Of a stretch of DNA of 64,000 nucleotides, positions 59,547 to 64,000 are shown piece after piece. A model generated the notes under the pieces. The model saw only the letters and a program-made list of their open reading frames with translations, was not told where the DNA came from and did not search any database. The DNA is taken from contig CAYMPD010000004.1 of NCBI GenBank assembly GCA_964392445.1, positions 1 through 64,000 of the forward strand. The letters run 5' to 3'. Every line of letters begins with the position of its first letter. Position 1 is the stretch's first letter. The translations under genes were made by a program, and so were the position numbers. The stretch is from an uncultured archaeon. GTDB taxonomy: Archaea > Aenigmatarchaeota > Aenigmatarchaeia > CG10238-14.

Positions 59547-59641
59547 CGCCTCGGGTCGGACTCGAACCGACGGCCTTCTGGTTAACAGCTTCAGCCCTGA
59601 AAAAGTCAGGTCAACTGCTCTACCTACTGAGCTACCGAGGC
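59547..59641 (-). tRNA. tRNA-Asn(GTT) copy B, 22-nt intron at 30/31 (59590..59611)
   Basis: Cloverleaf after intron removal; same BHB; first 18 nt lie inside the gatB ORF. Confidence 0.9.
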
Positions 59642-61036
59642 TTGAATAATTTCACGAATTTCTCTTGGGTTTCCCGCTGATTTTATTTCTTTTAAAACCT
59701 GTCCAACCAAAAAATCCAATGCTTTTTCTTCTCCAGATTTATAATCTTTCACTGCCTCTTTGTTTTTCTGTAGTATTTTATCAACTATTTTTTTAAGTTC
59801 TTGTTTACTCACCATTTTTAGACCTTTTTTACTTAAATATTCTTCGGGGTATTCACCAGTCATGGTTATTTCTTTAATCATTTCTTTTCCTAATCTTTTC
59901 GGGATTTCACCTTTATCCATCATTTCAAGGAATTTAGCAAAGTTTTCTACAGATATTTTGGAGTTTTTAATCCTGATCCCCTGATAATTCAAGCACTTCA
60001 GAAGATGAGTAATCATCCATTTAGCAATCATCTGGGGATTTTCTAATAATTCACAGCATTCTTCGAAGAATCTAGAAAAATCCTTCCCTGTGTAAACTAT
60101 CACTTTGGCTTGATAATCTGATAAATCATACTTTTCCTGGTACCTTTCCACTAAATGATCAGGTAATTCGGGCAGAGTGGTCTTTATTCCTTGTTTCCAT
60201 TCATTATTAATTTCGATTTTAGTCAGGTCTGGCTCAAAAATGTACCCATAATCCTCTTCCATCTCCTTTGTTCTCAGAGTTTTAGTTATTCCTTGAGATT
60301 CATCAAATCCTCTTGTTTCTCTTTCAACCTTCCCTCCATTTCTAAGTACACTTTTTTGCCTAACAACCTCATAATTCAACGCTTTTTCAATCTTAGCAAA
60401 ACCACTCATATTCTTGATTTCAACCCTTTTCCCGCCTTCTATTGATATGTTGACATCTACACGCATAGATCCTTCAAGTGAAGAGTCATAAACTCCAAGA
60501 TATTCAAGCATAGTCGAAAGTTTAGTCAAGAATTCCCTTACCTCTTTCGGGTCTCTAAAATCGGGTTCGGTTACTATCTCACATAAGGGGGTCCCAGAGC
60601 GGTTATAATCGATTAGAACATACTTGGATGTAGTTATGTCTCCACCTACATGAACAAGTTTAGCAGGGTCTTCCTCCAAGTGAATCCTAGTAATGTTAAT
60701 TTTTTTCTCCTCTCCGTTTGAGTTAATTTTTAAGTAACCTTTTCTTGCGAGGGGAATTTCAAATTGAGTTATCTGGAAGTTCTTTGCCATATCGGGATAA
60801 AGATAGGATTTTCTAGAGAAGAACATTTTTGTTAATATTTCACAATTTAACGCATGAGCAATTGATATACCATAATCCAACGCTTTCTTGTTGACTTTTG
60901 GTTTTGATCCTGGGAAACCAAGACATATAGGACAGGTAGTAGAGTTAGGTTTAGAGTCTCTATAATCCGTGGAACAGGAGCAAAATAACTTTGATTTTGT
61001 GTTTAACTGTACATGAATTTCTAATCCTATTTTCAT
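59624..61036 (-). CDS. gatB: Asp/Glu-tRNA amidotransferase subunit B
   Basis: IGLEIHVQL, CPICLGFPG, YPDMAKNFQITQ, HLEEDPA, VEIKN. Confidence 0.96.
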   Translation of the reverse strand: MKIGLEIHVQLNTKSKLFCSCSTDYRDSKPNSTTCPICLGFPGSKPKVNKKALDYGISIAHALNCEILTKMFFSRKSYLYPDMAKNFQITQFEIPLARKGYLKINSNGEEKKINITRIHLEEDPAKLVHVGGDITTSKYVLIDYNRSGTPLCEIVTEPDFRDPKEVREFLTKLSTMLEYLGVYDSSLEGSMRVDVNISIEGGKRVEIKNMSGFAKIEKALNYEVVRQKSVLRNGGKVERETRGFDESQGITKTLRTKEMEEDYGYIFEPDLTKIEINNEWKQGIKTTLPELPDHLVERYQEKYDLSDYQAKVIVYTGKDFSRFFEECCELLENPQMIAKWMITHLLKCLNYQGIRIKNSKISVENFAKFLEMMDKGEIPKRLGKEMIKEITMTGEYPEEYLSKKGLKMVSKQELKKIVDKILQKNKEAVKDYKSGEEKALDFLVGQVLKEIKSAGNPREIREIIQASVAQ

Positions 61037-62457
61037 TTCATCACAGGTTGGTTTTTGTGGTAATCAGTATTTTGTTCAAATGTGTGAGCGACCTGAATCA
61101 TCTTTTTCTCTTGTAAATGATCAGCAATTATATGCATCCCAACTGGTAAACCCTCTGAGAAACCTCCTGGAACAGATATCATCGGAACACCTGCTAAGTT
61201 TGGGGGGACTGTTAGAATGTCGAGCATATAGGTCTGAAGTGGGGTCAAATCCTCAATTTCCGAGAATTTTGGTGGTAGAATTGGCATGGTCGGAGAAACA
61301 AGCACATCATACTTTTTGAAAGCTTTCTTGAAGTCTTGAATCACTAGTGTCCTTAATTTCATCGCTTTTAGGTAGAATTGATCCCTATATCCAGCCATTC
61401 TAGCATAAGTTCCCATGATTATCCGTCTTTTAGCTTCTTGTCCAAAACCTTCTTTTCTTACCCTTGAGAAATAATCGTTGAAACTCTCTCCTGTTTTAAT
61501 TTCATTTTCCAAACCATACCTTAATCCACACAGTTTCGCAAGGTTGGTAGAAGTTTCAGACATAGCAATTATGTAATAACTAGGTAAAGCAACATCTGTG
61601 TGTGGGAGAGAGCATTCTTCGTATTTAGCACCTAAATCTTCTAGAAGTTTAATGTTTTTCCAAATTTTGTTCTTGATTTTTTCGTTTACTCCACCGCTGA
61701 AATATTCTTTCGGAACCCCAATCTTCATACCTTTGACATCATTTTTCCAGTAATCAGTATAATCCTCTTTTTCAACATCAAGTGAAGTAGAATCAATGGA
61801 ATCATGACCAGAAATTACCGAAAATAACAGTGAAGAATCCTCAACTGTTTTACCAATTGTTCCAATCTTATCCAGACTATTAGCATAACTAATCAAACCC
61901 CATCTAGAAACCGTTCCATAAGTTGGTGTTATCCCCACGGTATTTGTAAAAGATGTAGGACAACTTATAGACCCACCAGTGCTCTCGGCAATAGCAATAT
62001 GTGGAAAATCAGAAATACTTGTCAAGCAACCCGCTCCCCCTGAACTTCCTCCACACGTTCGTTCGATATCCCAAGGATTTTTAGGAAATCCAAACGGAGT
62101 GTTAATGTTAAAAACACCATGACCAAATTGATCCATACTAGTTTTCCCAATTATTACTCCACCCTCTTCTTTAACTCTTCTGGTAACATAAGAATCAAAC
62201 GGAGGAACATATTTATGAAGAATCCTTGAGCCTGCAGTAGTTTTAAGTCCTTTTGTGCATATATTGTCTTTAACTGAGATTGGAAGGCCGTAAAGCTTCC
62301 CTTTTTTAAGCGATTTTACGTCGATTTTTTCGTTTATTGTAACAAATGGTAAATATTTCTCTTGAATTTTTCGAGTTTTTTCCAGAGTTTTAGTTAAGAA
62401 ATCCTCTAAATTTAATTCCCCATTCCTGACTTTTGTTAAATACTCTTTCAGTTCCAT
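61033..62457 (-). CDS. gatA: Asp/Glu-tRNA amidotransferase subunit A
   Basis: SVKDNI, GGSSGG, STGGSI amidase signature, YARMAGYRDQFY. Confidence 0.93.
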   Translation of the reverse strand: MELKEYLTKVRNGELNLEDFLTKTLEKTRKIQEKYLPFVTINEKIDVKSLKKGKLYGLPISVKDNICTKGLKTTAGSRILHKYVPPFDSYVTRRVKEEGGVIIGKTSMDQFGHGVFNINTPFGFPKNPWDIERTCGGSSGGAGCLTSISDFPHIAIAESTGGSISCPTSFTNTVGITPTYGTVSRWGLISYANSLDKIGTIGKTVEDSSLLFSVISGHDSIDSTSLDVEKEDYTDYWKNDVKGMKIGVPKEYFSGGVNEKIKNKIWKNIKLLEDLGAKYEECSLPHTDVALPSYYIIAMSETSTNLAKLCGLRYGLENEIKTGESFNDYFSRVRKEGFGQEAKRRIIMGTYARMAGYRDQFYLKAMKLRTLVIQDFKKAFKKYDVLVSPTMPILPPKFSEIEDLTPLQTYMLDILTVPPNLAGVPMISVPGGFSEGLPVGMHIIADHLQEKKMIQVAHTFEQNTDYHKNQPVMK

Positions 62458-62736
62458 CTAAACAGCCCTTGGACCTTTAAAGTAGTCATCTTCTTTATTT
62501 TCAGCATTTCCTAACGGATCCCAATCCCATTCACAAGTTTCATCTTTCCTCCAAACATTCTTAATTTCCAGAGGCTGAAATGAAGTTTCAATCTCTTCCG
62601 TATCAACTTCTTCTATTTTTCTAAACGCTTCCAGAACATCATCTATCTGTTTTGTAAATTCCTTAACTTCTTCATCTGTCAAATCCAACCTAGCTATCTC
62701 AGCAACATGTCTAATTACGTCTTCTGATACTACCAT
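62458..62736 (-). CDS. gatC: Amidotransferase subunit C
   Basis: VAEIARLDL; tail YFKGPR; abuts gatA. Confidence 0.9.
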   Translation of the reverse strand: MVVSEDVIRHVAEIARLDLTDEEVKEFTKQIDDVLEAFRKIEEVDTEEIETSFQPLEIKNVWRKDETCEWDWDPLGNAENKEDDYFKGPRAV

Positions 62737-62916
62737 AGAAATCCCCCCAAAAAGCTAGAACTAGGAAAAAACTCAAACCAGATTAAAACATTCACCGTGC
62801 ATTATTGGCACCTTAGGTAAAATATAGTGAAGTAGTATTTATAAATATGTTTATTTAAAAAAACACATTAAAAGCCTTTAAAAATGATTTTTATTGGTCT
62901 TTTGATGGTGAATTGA

Positions 62917-63525
62917 TTGGTATATAGAGTAAGAAAAGCTGAAATGAGTGACTTAGACGCAATTTTATCTCTAGAAAGAAGAAATTTCGAACCTCTTACT
63001 CAGGCTTCTGATAAAACAGTTAGAGAAAGATTTGAGAGTTACCAAGAAGGTTTTTTTATTGCGGAAATTGATTCTAATCCTGTTGGTTATATATTTGTTG
63101 CACCTTATCGTCATATTTGGGAAGATAGAGAAGAGATAAATTCTCATGAAGATTTAATACTTCCAACTCGGTATATAGATGGTGAATCAAAGATTATTCA
63201 ATTTGTTTCAATTGCAGTTCTGAACAAACATAGAGTGACCAATTTAAGTCAAAATGGATACATAGGAGAATCACCTTCACAACTTTTATTGACTAGTGCC
63301 GTAGAACATGCGATGGAGAGAGGAGCCGATCAAATATATGTTCTTGCTGTTACACCACAGGGAAATAACATTTTAAAAAATAGTGGTTTTAAGTTATATG
63401 AAGAATTTGATATAGATGATGAAGAAATAAGATTATGGGGTTATGATTTAAGAGAAGATGGAGAATCTTTAAAGAGAGGAATTGAAGATTATTATGAAAG
63501 AAAACTATCTCCTCAACTCGTTTAA
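62917..63525 (+). CDS. GNAT family acetyltransferase
   Basis: VRKAEMSDLDAILSLE, VGYI, SIAV, SGFK. Confidence 0.7.
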   Translation: MVYRVRKAEMSDLDAILSLERRNFEPLTQASDKTVRERFESYQEGFFIAEIDSNPVGYIFVAPYRHIWEDREEINSHEDLILPTRYIDGESKIIQFVSIAVLNKHRVTNLSQNGYIGESPSQLLLTSAVEHAMERGADQIYVLAVTPQGNNILKNSGFKLYEEFDIDDEEIRLWGYDLREDGESLKRGIEDYYERKLSPQLV

Positions 63526-63933
63526 GACAACGTGAGTACTGGTCTTCTCAATACCTTCCATTTGGAATAAGTTATTTATAAAGTTTGACAACTCTTCTCT
63601 ATTTTTAAATCTAGTGACTATTATCATATCCTTATCTCCAGTGATTCCGTATATGGCAAAAACATTTTTGAATTTGATTAGTTTATTAGCGATTTCAAAT
63701 TGCTTTTCCCGGTGAGCAACTATTTCTATTATAGCTGGCAAATCATAACCTATCTTCTCATAATTTAAAATGGCTTTATAGTCCCTGATAATACCATCTG
63801 ATTCAAGTTTTTTAATTCTTTCATAAGTGGAGCTTATTGACAAACCGATTTTTTTTGCTATTTTTTTAAGCTTTTGTTTACAGTTTTTTTCTAACTCCTC
63901 TAATATTTCAAGATTTTTTTCATCTAAATCCAT
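63505..63933 (-). CDS. Lrp/AsnC transcriptional regulator
   Basis: LDEKNLEILEEL...RIKKLESDGII; ITGDKD. Confidence 0.92.
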   Translation of the reverse strand: MDLDEKNLEILEELEKNCKQKLKKIAKKIGLSISSTYERIKKLESDGIIRDYKAILNYEKIGYDLPAIIEIVAHREKQFEIANKLIKFKNVFAIYGITGDKDMIIVTRFKNREELSNFINNLFQMEGIEKTSTHVVLNELRR

Positions 63934-64000
63934 ACAATCGCCGAAATCTTTTCATAATTTAATAAGAATATATTTAAGCATTTCGTTAAATATTCGTTAA

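Noticed and set aside
56871-59641. Two tRNA-Asn genes as attL/attR of an integrated element
   Set aside because: Both are full length with paired but divergent stems, the interval contains asnS, and no integrase is present.
4090-61319. Many antisense or alternate-frame ORFs in the track (e.g. 4090..4386, 4772..5068, 8027..8407, 27066..27569, 44420..44887, 51502..51837)
   Set aside because: They lie wholly over well-supported genes and show the Ser/Phe/Leu-rich composition expected from the reverse strand of Lys/Glu-rich genes.
1-64000. CRISPR array, rRNA, integrase or provirus core genes
   Set aside because: No regularly spaced repeats, rRNA signatures, recombinase, capsid or terminase motifs were seen.

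Overview
AT-rich archaeal chromosome segment, most consistent with a DPANN lineage such as Aenigmarchaeota (inferred from archaeal TBP, rpl18e-rpl13-rps9-rpoN-rpoK, archaeal TyrRS, BHB tRNA introns and many short orphans). It encodes four aminoacyl-tRNA synthetases (IleRS, HisRS, TyrRS, AsnRS), gatCAB and five tRNA genes: His (damaged 3' end), Tyr (37/38 intron), Arg and two different Asn genes, each with a 30/31 intron. It also has a six-gene de novo pyrimidine cluster, a purine salvage/interconversion cluster, two toxin-antitoxin-like pairs, an IS200 remnant and transporters. I found no rRNA, CRISPR array or integrase. Main unusual signals: (1) two divergent tRNA-Asn genes, one directly after asnS and one overlapping the end of gatB; (2) a repeated regulator-tRNA-racemase-cognate synthetase layout at the His and Tyr loci; (3) an MNT-HEPN module flanked by a duplication of the first 12 codons of rtcA; (4) a DEAD-box-cold-shock fusion with an internal in-frame RBS; (5) a P1B ATPase without its metal ligands; (6) a PyrB-zinc-domain fusion; (7) recurrent SD-anchored ATA/ATT/ATC starts. 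All calls come from motif recognition and hand reading; no database searches were run.
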